DNA of 64,000 nt. Source: Alphaproteobacteria bacterium. GTDB lineage: Bacteria > Pseudomonadota > Alphaproteobacteria > Caulobacterales > Hyphomonadaceae. The stretch lies in contig JAAEZZ010000006.1 in assembly GCA_018222605.1 (NCBI GenBank), forward strand, positions 18,071 to 82,070, written 5' to 3'. Shown here piece by piece: positions 20,145-28,415 of the stretch. The notes under the pieces are model-generated. The model did not search any database, had not been told where the DNA came from, and worked only from the letters and a program-made list of their open reading frames with translations. A program made the translations under genes and the position numbers. Numbering within the stretch: the first letter of the stretch is position 1; each line of letters begins with the position of its first letter.

Positions 20145-20252
20145 TTCTGTCCATGGAGAAGACTTTGCCGATTCGGTTAAGCGAAGGTGGCTAAGGGTTC
20201 CGTGGATATGGAGGCGCATGTCACAGAACTTTATCAAAGCCGACACTAAACC

Positions 20253-20651
20253 GTGCTCAATCCGGAATATCGCTGCGCCTGTAACAAAGGGGTGCTGGCC
20301 GTGTCTGGTGATTTTCAACTGGTTTATTCCCTTGAAATCAAGGTTCTGGATCTTGAGAAAAAGGTATCTGACCTTGAACGGGACATAGCCAACCTGCGTG
20401 ACCAGATTCGGAATGTCGAAGAGGAAGCTCCGCTGAACTTGCCGGAGGAAATCATCGAGAAGATCCGTGAAGGTGAGAATGCCGTCAGGGCTGTGCGCCA
20501 GTTCCGCCTGATGACCCAGAAGGATCTGAGTGACATTTGCGGCATCCGACCGAATCACATCTCGGCCATAGAACGCGGTATGTCCTATGGTCTGAAAACA
20601 GCCAAACGCCTGGCTGAAGCGCTGGACGTTCCTGTCGATCTGTTGACGTGA
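20253..20651 (+). CDS. XRE-family HTH regulator with N-terminal coiled coil
   Basis: The C-terminal HTH reads MTQKDLSDICGIRPNHISAIERG. The N-terminus has heptad-like LEIKVLDLEKKVSDLERDIANLRDQI. GTG starts at 20292 or 20301 are more likely than the ATG at 20253. Confidence 0.7.
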   Translation: MLNPEYRCACNKGVLAVSGDFQLVYSLEIKVLDLEKKVSDLERDIANLRDQIRNVEEEAPLNLPEEIIEKIREGENAVRAVRQFRLMTQKDLSDICGIRPNHISAIERGMSYGLKTAKRLAEALDVPVDLLT

Positions 20652-20657
20652 GGCATT

Positions 20658-21524
20658 ATGAGTAAAGAGATTCTTCTAGGCGCATTCCTGGCGGCTCTGA
20701 CCGTCACGTCATGTTCCGGCCAGCAAAGCGATGACCCGCGGCCTGTCTTCCCGGAGGCGGAAGCCCCCACCCAGTTCACACGGGCCTATTCTCTGACAGA
20801 AAGTGCGGATGGGCAGGTGCGCGTCTTCGCCAAGGAAGATGGCGATGAGACATGGCTGTATGAAGTGCGGCGCGAGGGAAAGAGCTGGAGCAAGCCACAG
20901 CGTATGGAGCTACCAGCGCGTAAGATGCTGACCGGACCAAGTTTCAGTGCAGCCGATGGCGCGCTGTATTATGCAAGCGATGAAGAGCTGCCTGAAATGC
21001 CGGGCCGCAAGGATTTGAACCTTTGGTACGTACCGCTTGAAGATGGCGTGTGGGGCACGCCGAAGCCTGTGCCGGGGGACGTGAATACAGGCGCGAATGA
21101 AACCATGGCGGCCATTTCCGCCAATGGCCTGATGGTGTTCGTCAGCAATCACAGCCAGCTTGGGGGTGGCGGCTATGAGATGGCAGAGGCACGTCAGGAT
21201 CAGAACGGCAATTGGGTGATGCAGCGCCCGCTGGATGAGTTGAATGATATTCGTACGAATGACCACGTCGCGTTGACGGCGGATGGGAAGCGGTTGTTCT
21301 TTTATTCTCATCGATCTCCCAAACTGGGCGTTGTCGATATCTGGACCTCACAGAAACTGGATGATGGCTCCTGGGGCGAGCCTGTGAACCCAGGAGAGCC
21401 ACTGAACACCTCTGGAATAGATTTTGGAGCAGGCCTATCGGCAGATGGCGAAACCTTGTTCTTTTCCCGTGACGGCGCGCTTTATGAGATGCCCTTCAAG
21501 GCGCTGCATCTCACTCAACCTTGA
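20658..21524 (+). CDS. PD40/TolB-like beta-propeller lipoprotein
   Basis: Lipobox LTVTSC is present. Repeated ADG..L(Y/F)(Y/F)(A/S)S and G.WG.P blocks are typical of PD40 repeats. Confidence 0.75.
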   Translation: MSKEILLGAFLAALTVTSCSGQQSDDPRPVFPEAEAPTQFTRAYSLTESADGQVRVFAKEDGDETWLYEVRREGKSWSKPQRMELPARKMLTGPSFSAADGALYYASDEELPEMPGRKDLNLWYVPLEDGVWGTPKPVPGDVNTGANETMAAISANGLMVFVSNHSQLGGGGYEMAEARQDQNGNWVMQRPLDELNDIRTNDHVALTADGKRLFFYSHRSPKLGVVDIWTSQKLDDGSWGEPVNPGEPLNTSGIDFGAGLSADGETLFFSRDGALYEMPFKALHLTQP

Positions 21525-21851
21525 TCTGCTGCACTCGGATTTATTAACGGGCGACCGCGTATCTGCTTGTCCTGATAACCTCCGGAAACCTCATTGTTTC
21601 TGGAGGTAAGTCCGTCTTCGGATCTTCATATATACATGACTTCGGATCATTTGTGACGTTTGCGTGACGCGAAGGCGGTGAGCCGTCTAGTGACCGTCAT
21701 AAAAACTTTGCGGAACTGTTCAGAAAGCGTCGTTGGTCGCTGCCATAAGCCCGCTCGGGTGAGGTGTACGGGAGAATCGTTAACTGCTCACCTGACAACG
21801 GATTTTTGCTGAGACCGGGCGCTCTTGAACGGGGCCTTGAAGGGGTTAAGA

Positions 21852-24728
21852 ATGAAACTTGGGAAGACTTTGAAGCTGGCGACCATGGCGAGCATTGCGG
21901 TGCTCACACTCGCTGCGTGTTCTGATACGACGATCTCATCACCGGGCACGTCCAATCCGCCGGCTAGCCCTCCGCCGCCACCTCCTCCTCCGCCTGCCGC
22001 TGCAACGATTGACCTGGTTCCGACTGCAGGTTGCCCGACAGGAACGACAGAAACATCTCTTGTTGAGATTACTGCCGATGGCTTTGCCGATGTCGACGTC
22101 TGTGTCCTCGGCTCTGATGCGCAAGGCGGCACAGTCATTACCGCTGACTTGAACATTCCTGCCGACACCACGATCGCGATCCAGGGACCTGTCTTCATTG
22201 GGGAAGACAACAAGAATGGCGCAGGCACAGCAGTTACCCTTACTGTTGGTGCAGGGGTTCGCTTCTTTGGCGCGTCTGTTGACGGCGCAGCGAGCGGCAC
22301 CGATGATTATCTGGTCGTTTCGCGTGGCTCCAAGATCGAAGCTGTAGGGACGGCTGCCAAGCCAGTTCGGTTCACAGCGCGCGCAGCCATCAATGACGAA
22401 GAGACCGGCTCCAACCTGATTGATCTTGGAACGAACGCCCAATGGGGCGGTCTGGTTATCAATGGTTTTGCTCCCATCAACCACTGTAACCTGACAACAG
22501 TATCCGGCGGCGATGCCGATTGCGAAAAGTCTGGCGAAGGATCTTCCGGTCTGTTCGGCGGCAATGTCGCAGATGATGATTCCGGCACGCTGAATTATGT
22601 CATCGTGGAGTATGCAGGCTCTCGCGTTACGAACACGGACGAATTGAATGGCATTGCCTTTCAGGGCGTGGGCTCAGGTACCAGCGTTGACTACGTACAG
22701 GTACACAACAATCTGGATGACGGCATCGAATGGTTCGGCGGCACAGTCAGTGCCAAGCATATTGTGATCACGGGCGCAGGCGACGACTCCCTTGACTGGA
22801 CAGATGGCTGGACCGGCAAGCTGCAATTTGCCGCTGTTCGCTCTCTGGTGCCATCCTCTGATGACCCGCGCGGGATTGAAGCTGATAACCGTGACAAGCA
22901 GAATGAGCTGACGCCATTCTCCAGCCCAAGCGTTTCCAACTTCACGCTCGTAGGCTCTGATGGCAACCAGCAAGGTATTCTTCTGCGCCGCGGCACGAAG
23001 GGCACGATCGTGAACGGTATCGTGACTGGCTATGCCACGGGCATCGACGTGGATGATCCGCAAACCTTCACCAACTTTGATGATGGCGATCTGGTCATTC
23101 AGTCCTTGCTGCTGGATACGGCTCAGAACTTCGCAACGGATTCAGATGGTGTCCCGACATTCCCGGCATCGGATAACATCCGCACAGGAACCAACAGTCT
23201 TGTTGAAAACTTCTTCCCAGGCCAGCAGGAGTTGAGCGTTCCCGTATCTGCCGCCCTGGCTGGCGATAGCTTCTTCGCCACAACCGACTATATCGGTGCT
23301 TTCGGACCGTCTGAAAGCGTGTCAAGCAACTGGGCCAGCTTCGCTCTACCAGGTACGCTGTTTGATGCGACTGCAGCGGAATGTCCGACCGGTACGACCG
23401 AGAACGGTACTCTGGATGGCAAAAAACTTTGCGAAATCAGCGGTGCTTCGGAAATTACCTCGGATCTGCGCCTTACAGATGGTGACCAGCTGATTTATGA
23501 ATTGCTGGGCAAGGTTTCCATCGGCAAGGATCAAGGTGCCGATCCAGCCAATCCTATCGCAGGCTCAGCGTCTGCGACCTTGACGATTGACGCAGGCGTG
23601 ACGATCGTTGCGGCTGGTGTGGATGACTATATCGTCATTGCTCGTGGTTCCCGCATTCTCTCGAACGGTACGGCTTCCAAGCCGGTCGTGTTCACAGCAA
23701 AGGATGTTGTGAACGGTACAACGACAAACCTGGATCAGGATACCAAAGGTCTTTGGGGTGGTCTTGTCATCAATGGACGGGGCCCAATCAATGATTGTAA
23801 CGACACGACTGCCACAGGTGGTACAGTCGGTTGTCAGAAGATTGGCGAGGGTGACTCCGGTTTCTTCGGCGGCGCAACGGCTGATGATGACTCGGGTCAA
23901 CTGTTCTACACCCGCGTTCAGTATGCCGGTACACGTGTGACCAATACGGACGAACTAAACGGTATTGCCTTCCAAGGTGTCGGGTCCGGTACGGAAGTTG
24001 ATTATGTTCAGGTTTATAACAACCTGGACGATTGCTTTGAGTTCTTCGGTGGCGCCGTTAACGCGAAGCACCTTGTCGCAACAGGTTGCGGTGACGACAG
24101 CTTCGACTGGACGGATGGATGGATCGGTTCCTTGCAGTATGGCATCGTATATGGCGGTGCCGGCTCTGTTTCGGATGATCCTCGCGGTATCGAAGGCGAC
24201 AACCGCGATAAAGACAACACCAAAACTCCTTTCTCGACGCCACGCCTCTCCAATTTCACTGTGATTTCGAGTGGAGATGCAAATGCTGATACCGGGGTTC
24301 TGCTGCGTCGTGGCATGAAAGGTACGATCGTCAATGGTATCGTGATCGGTTGGCCCGATGCCGGCCTGGATGTCGATGATGCTGACACGAAAGCCTTTTT
24401 CGATAATGGTGACCTGGTGATCGGTTCGCTCTTCCTTTCCGGTAACGGGGAGGCTGTTGAGAGCGGCGATGGTGCAGACGATGTGACCTTTACGGCCGCT
24501 GACAATGTCGTGGAGAATGGAACCAGCACGATGTCTGGCTTTACATTCCGCGCGGGTCGGCCTGGCGTTGTTCCGGGGGCCAATGAAAATGCAGTTACTG
24601 TCTATGACGTGACAGGCATCGGCCAACTCGAACCGACGACCTATATTGGCGCCGTGAAAGATGCGGATGACAAATGGTTCCTTGGCTGGACCATTAATCA
24701 GGAAGGTCAGCTGACGTCTGCCAACTAA
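21852..24728 (+). CDS. large surface lipoprotein with two tandem ~430-aa homologous halves (family not recognised)
   Basis: Signal peptide MKLGKTLKLATMASIAVLTLAAC is preceded by an AAGGGG ribosome-binding site. A run of 9 Pro forms a linker. Blocks such as TNTDELNGIAFQGVGSGT-VDYVQV-NNLDD and DDPRGIE-DNRDK occur in both halves. Confidence 0.85.
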   Translation: MKLGKTLKLATMASIAVLTLAACSDTTISSPGTSNPPASPPPPPPPPPAAATIDLVPTAGCPTGTTETSLVEITADGFADVDVCVLGSDAQGGTVITADLNIPADTTIAIQGPVFIGEDNKNGAGTAVTLTVGAGVRFFGASVDGAASGTDDYLVVSRGSKIEAVGTAAKPVRFTARAAINDEETGSNLIDLGTNAQWGGLVINGFAPINHCNLTTVSGGDADCEKSGEGSSGLFGGNVADDDSGTLNYVIVEYAGSRVTNTDELNGIAFQGVGSGTSVDYVQVHNNLDDGIEWFGGTVSAKHIVITGAGDDSLDWTDGWTGKLQFAAVRSLVPSSDDPRGIEADNRDKQNELTPFSSPSVSNFTLVGSDGNQQGILLRRGTKGTIVNGIVTGYATGIDVDDPQTFTNFDDGDLVIQSLLLDTAQNFATDSDGVPTFPASDNIRTGTNSLVENFFPGQQELSVPVSAALAGDSFFATTDYIGAFGPSESVSSNWASFALPGTLFDATAAECPTGTTENGTLDGKKLCEISGASEITSDLRLTDGDQLIYELLGKVSIGKDQGADPANPIAGSASATLTIDAGVTIVAAGVDDYIVIARGSRILSNGTASKPVVFTAKDVVNGTTTNLDQDTKGLWGGLVINGRGPINDCNDTTATGGTVGCQKIGEGDSGFFGGATADDDSGQLFYTRVQYAGTRVTNTDELNGIAFQGVGSGTEVDYVQVYNNLDDCFEFFGGAVNAKHLVATGCGDDSFDWTDGWIGSLQYGIVYGGAGSVSDDPRGIEGDNRDKDNTKTPFSTPRLSNFTVISSGDANADTGVLLRRGMKGTIVNGIVIGWPDAGLDVDDADTKAFFDNGDLVIGSLFLSGNGEAVESGDGADDVTFTAADNVVENGTSTMSGFTFRAGRPGVVPGANENAVTVYDVTGIGQLEPTTYIGAVKDADDKWFLGWTINQEGQLTSAN

Positions 24729-24746
24729 GTCCGCCTTGAACCTGAG

Positions 24747-24775
24747 AGTGGGGCGGCAGATTCTGCTGCCCCACT
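24747..24775 (+). terminator. 13-bp stem-loop between the lipoprotein and TBDR genes (attenuator or partial terminator candidate)
   Basis: AGTGGGGCGGCAG att CTGCTGCCCCACT contains one G-U pair and has no clear U tract. Confidence 0.4.
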
Positions 24776-24843
24776 TCATCGTTCAGCTCAAAGACATTCA
24801 GGCGGAATGGAATATTTTTCCGCCAATAACAGGAAACTCACAA

Positions 24844-27447
24844 ATGAAATCCCTCCTGTCTGTCCGCTCTGTGCTTCTGACCGGTGCTTGCCTTGTCTGG
24901 CTCTCTCCGGCTCTTGCGCAAGACGATTCCCAATCTTCCGACCCGATCGCGGTTGAGGAAAGTGAAGCCCGTCAGGAAACGGTCGTGGTTCGCGGCATGT
25001 TCATTCCTGATGAAAAACGTTCGACTTCTGAAGTTTCGAGTCTGATCGACTCTGGTGACTTTTCACTACAGGGCGATGGAGACGCGGCCGCCGCGCTTGC
25101 CCGCGTTGCGGGTATCGCAACAGCTGAAGATGAGTTCATCTATGTTCGGGGTCTGAACGAGCGTTATTCCACGGCCTTGCTGAATGGCTCGCCTCTGCCC
25201 AGCCCTGCGCCTCTGCGCCGCGTCGTTCCTTTGAACCTGTTTCCAACATCCGCTCTGCAAAGCGTGCTTGTGCAGAAGACATATTCTCCAAACCTTCCTG
25301 GCGAGTTCGGAGGGGGGCTGGTCGATCTGCGGACGAAAACCGTTCCTGATGAGGGTTTCTTCACCATTGGGACTAAGGCCGGATACGATTCCGACATCAG
25401 TCTTGAAGACGGTCTGCTGTATGATGGGTCGGATACGGACATATTCGGTATAGACGACGGCACGCGTGATCGGCCCTCTTTGGCCAATGGACTGGATAAT
25501 GAGTTTGGTCGCCAATTGACTGATAATTCCTCCCTCCTCGTCATGCAGAAGGGAGAGGTGGCGCCGAATTTCAGTTTTGACCTTTCGGGCGGCAACAGCT
25601 TCGACGTGTCTCCCGACATCGTTATGGGCTTCATCGGCGCTGCCGGCTACAGCAATTCCTGGAAAAGCAAGATAGGTCAGCGCGGCTTCGGGACTCTTGA
25701 AGGAGACGGCCTTGGTGTTGCCTATAATCAGCAACGCCAAAGCACTGAAAACACGATTGAAGCGAATGGACTGGCGACAGTCGGCTTCAAGCTGTTCTCT
25801 GATCATGAAATCAAGTTTACTGGTCTGGTCACGCGCTCTACGGAAAAGAAAGCCCGTATTCTTACGGGTGAAAACAATGAATCCGTTAATCAGCGTGTCG
25901 ATGCCCTGGAATGGTTCGAGCACCAACTTTGGTCCACACAAGTTCAGGGCGTGCATTTCTTTCCGCAGCTGATGGACCTGAAGCTGGAATGGCGTGGATC
26001 TTATTCCGAGGCGCTTCGGGATGCGCCTTATCAGCTGTCAAATATTTACAACATCAATGATGCGGGCGTGCCAGTTCTGTCCGTCAGCCCTGCGGCAAAC
26101 CGTTTGCAGTTCAGCCGCGTTGACGACGATACGACGGATTTCGGGTTTGATGGGACCTTGCCCCTTAGCAGAAGCGGCACGTGCACGTATTTCTGCGAAG
26201 CCGATTTGAAGTTTGGCTATAGCTATGTTGAAAATGATCGCTCGGCGACGTCGATCATTTACGACATCAATGGTGTTCAGAACGCTGACCGCACAAACCG
26301 TCTGGATTATATATATGACTATCTGTTCCAGACGGGACTGGGCCAGATTACGGAAGTGGCCGGCGAGCAGTTCCCACAATACTATGTGGCAACTTTGGAA
26401 ATCGATGCGGCCTATGCGGGTATTGACGCGCAGCTTACACCGTACATCCGTGCGGCCTTGGGTGTGCGCTATGAAGATGCCATTCAGGCTGTGGACACGC
26501 AGGACATCAGTGGTGACCTGACGGGGAATGTTGTTGAAGGTGTGATTGACCAGTCTGACTGGTTGCCAGCCGCTACAATCACTTGGAACCCGATTGAGGA
26601 CCTTCAGGTGCGTGCTGGTTATTCGGAAACCCTGACACGGCCGCAATTCCGTGAATTGGCTCCGGCTGTTTTTGTGAATACCGAAACAGATGCCAACTTT
26701 TTCGGGAACCCCTATCTCGTTAATGCCTCGATCAAGAATTATGACTTGCGCGGTGAATATTACTTTGGTCGCGACCAGTTCGTGACATTGGGACTGTTCT
26801 ATAAGGATCTGGACAAGCCCATCGAGGAAATTCTGGAGCCTGCAGAAACGATCCAGACCACTTTTATTAACGTTCCGTCAGCAGAGCTATACGGCTTCGA
26901 GGTAGAGTATGAGCAGATCCTGCCTGTTCGTGAATGGCTCAATTGGAAGTTTTTCGAAGAGCGGGACTTCCAGATCAAGACCAATTACACATGGTCGGAT
27001 TCCGAAATTCATGCGGATGGGGATGTTGCCTTCAATATTGGCACAAACCTGAACCCGGTGCGCGGCACTATTCCGGCTGCAGGACGGATCAATGATGGCC
27101 GGCGGATGCAAGGGCAGTCTGAACATCTCTTCAACATGCAACTTGGTTTGCTGAATGAGAGCGCGCAGTCTGAGATAAACATTCTTGTGAATTATGTCAG
27201 TGAACGCATTCGTTCCGGGGAGCTGTCAAACCTGCCTGCCATTATGGAGCAGCCGCCAACCACGGTTGACCTTGTCTGGAACAAGACGTTTGAGGCAGGC
27301 ACGGGGGAATATCAATTCTCCCTGAATATGCAGAACATTTTTCAGGAAGGATATGAAGCCTATCAGAAGCGCGGTGGTGATCGTGTGTATGTCGATACGT
27401 ACGGACAGGGCATGATCGTCAGCGTCGGACTGAAGCGCATGTTCTAG
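24844..27447 (+). CDS. TonB-dependent receptor
   Basis: Signal peptide MKSLLSVRSVLLTGACLVWLSPALA, a plug (VVVRGMFIPDEKRS, IYVRGLNERYS) and a C-terminal ...GLKRMF are present. The track ORF starts earlier, at 24736. Confidence 0.93.
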   Translation: MKSLLSVRSVLLTGACLVWLSPALAQDDSQSSDPIAVEESEARQETVVVRGMFIPDEKRSTSEVSSLIDSGDFSLQGDGDAAAALARVAGIATAEDEFIYVRGLNERYSTALLNGSPLPSPAPLRRVVPLNLFPTSALQSVLVQKTYSPNLPGEFGGGLVDLRTKTVPDEGFFTIGTKAGYDSDISLEDGLLYDGSDTDIFGIDDGTRDRPSLANGLDNEFGRQLTDNSSLLVMQKGEVAPNFSFDLSGGNSFDVSPDIVMGFIGAAGYSNSWKSKIGQRGFGTLEGDGLGVAYNQQRQSTENTIEANGLATVGFKLFSDHEIKFTGLVTRSTEKKARILTGENNESVNQRVDALEWFEHQLWSTQVQGVHFFPQLMDLKLEWRGSYSEALRDAPYQLSNIYNINDAGVPVLSVSPAANRLQFSRVDDDTTDFGFDGTLPLSRSGTCTYFCEADLKFGYSYVENDRSATSIIYDINGVQNADRTNRLDYIYDYLFQTGLGQITEVAGEQFPQYYVATLEIDAAYAGIDAQLTPYIRAALGVRYEDAIQAVDTQDISGDLTGNVVEGVIDQSDWLPAATITWNPIEDLQVRAGYSETLTRPQFRELAPAVFVNTETDANFFGNPYLVNASIKNYDLRGEYYFGRDQFVTLGLFYKDLDKPIEEILEPAETIQTTFINVPSAELYGFEVEYEQILPVREWLNWKFFEERDFQIKTNYTWSDSEIHADGDVAFNIGTNLNPVRGTIPAAGRINDGRRMQGQSEHLFNMQLGLLNESAQSEINILVNYVSERIRSGELSNLPAIMEQPPTTVDLVWNKTFEAGTGEYQFSLNMQNIFQEGYEAYQKRGGDRVYVDTYGQGMIVSVGLKRMF

Positions 27448-27480
27448 GCTTCAGTTCGTGCTGAAGTGACAAAAGTCTTG

Positions 27481-27512
27481 CTGGTCCGCAGCGTAAATAC
27501 GTTGCGGACCAG
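27481..27512 (+). terminator. stem-loop terminator candidate after TBDR 2
   Basis: A 13-bp stem, CTGGTCCGCAGCG / CGTTGCGGACCAG, has a 6-nt loop and a weak T tail. Confidence 0.5.
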
Positions 27513-27581
27513 TCGGTGTTAAAAGTATCCTCTCAGAAGAGGGGGAGCAGTTTGGATGAACGTTTTGAAAGCCTGAAAGGG

Positions 27582-28412
27582 ATGGCCCGCCGCGCCGCAG
27601 GGCCTGCCTTGCGTATGGCCGAAACGGGCCTGGTTGTGGCGTTTGGCTTGGTCTGTGCCAGATTGGTCTGGCTGGTGGTTGACCCTGGTGGTGCCGTGTC
27701 ACCGGACATCCCTGTGCGAGCAACCTCTGCGCCTGCAGGAGCAACGGCCGTGTCAGTTGATGCGGATACATCTCGCCTCATGCGGGAAAATCCGTTCGGG
27801 GCAGGGCCTGCGGTAATTGCTGATGTTCCGGATGCACCTGAGACGAGCCTGAATCTCAAACTTCGCGGTGTGCGTGCCTCAACTCAGGAAGATGACGGGA
27901 TCGCGCTTATCACCACGCCGGACAACCGTACCTCCGCTTACGTGCCAGGCGAGGCCATTCTTGATGGTGTTGTGCTGTACCGGATCTATGGAGACCGGGT
28001 TACCCTTCGCAAGGGCGGGCAGGTTGAAACCCTGATGATGGTCGGCGGCGCGGGGCTTTTGTCTGTTCTGACTGTTCCGGGCGAAGAGGCGCCTGCGGTT
28101 GCCAGGGCAACAGGCGGTGCATCCGCTCAAATTGCCCGGGCTGATCTGATTTCAAATCTGACCATCGATCCGGTGCATCGCGAAGGAGACTTCATTGGCT
28201 ATCGCATCGGTTCGCGCGGCGACTCCAGTGCGCTGACTTCGGCTGGCTTGCAGCCGGGGGATATCGTTGTCGGAATGGATGGTGGCTCGATCACCAGCAT
28301 GCCCCCGGCGGAACTCGCCAAGAAATTTTCCCAGCCGGAGGCTCTTCGCCTTCGCATCGACCGCGATGGTCGCATTGTTGAACAAACGCTCGTGCCTGAG
28401 GAGGCTCGATAA
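27582..28412 (+). CDS. gspC: type II secretion system protein C (PDZ-containing)
   Basis: It has an N-terminal TM segment (LVVAFGLVCARLVWLVV) and a C-terminal PDZ-like GLQPGDIVVGMDG, and lies immediately upstream of gspD. The track start is a GTG at 27516. Confidence 0.8.
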   Translation: MARRAAGPALRMAETGLVVAFGLVCARLVWLVVDPGGAVSPDIPVRATSAPAGATAVSVDADTSRLMRENPFGAGPAVIADVPDAPETSLNLKLRGVRASTQEDDGIALITTPDNRTSAYVPGEAILDGVVLYRIYGDRVTLRKGGQVETLMMVGGAGLLSVLTVPGEEAPAVARATGGASAQIARADLISNLTIDPVHREGDFIGYRIGSRGDSSALTSAGLQPGDIVVGMDGGSITSMPPAELAKKFSQPEALRLRIDRDGRIVEQTLVPEEAR

Positions 28413-28415
28413 GCC

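Noticed and set aside
21525-21851. A cobalamin or TPP riboswitch upstream of the TonB-dependent receptor operon.
   Set aside because: No B12 box and no THI-box (CTGAGA plus ACCTGATCTGGATAATGCCAGCG-like) arrangement is found. The only CTGAGA occurs without the partner elements.
21852-24728. The repeated halves of the lipoprotein as a diversity-generating retroelement target/template pair or a recent duplication.
   Set aside because: No reverse transcriptase is in the window. The two DNA copies differ at most synonymous sites and not in an adenine-specific pattern.
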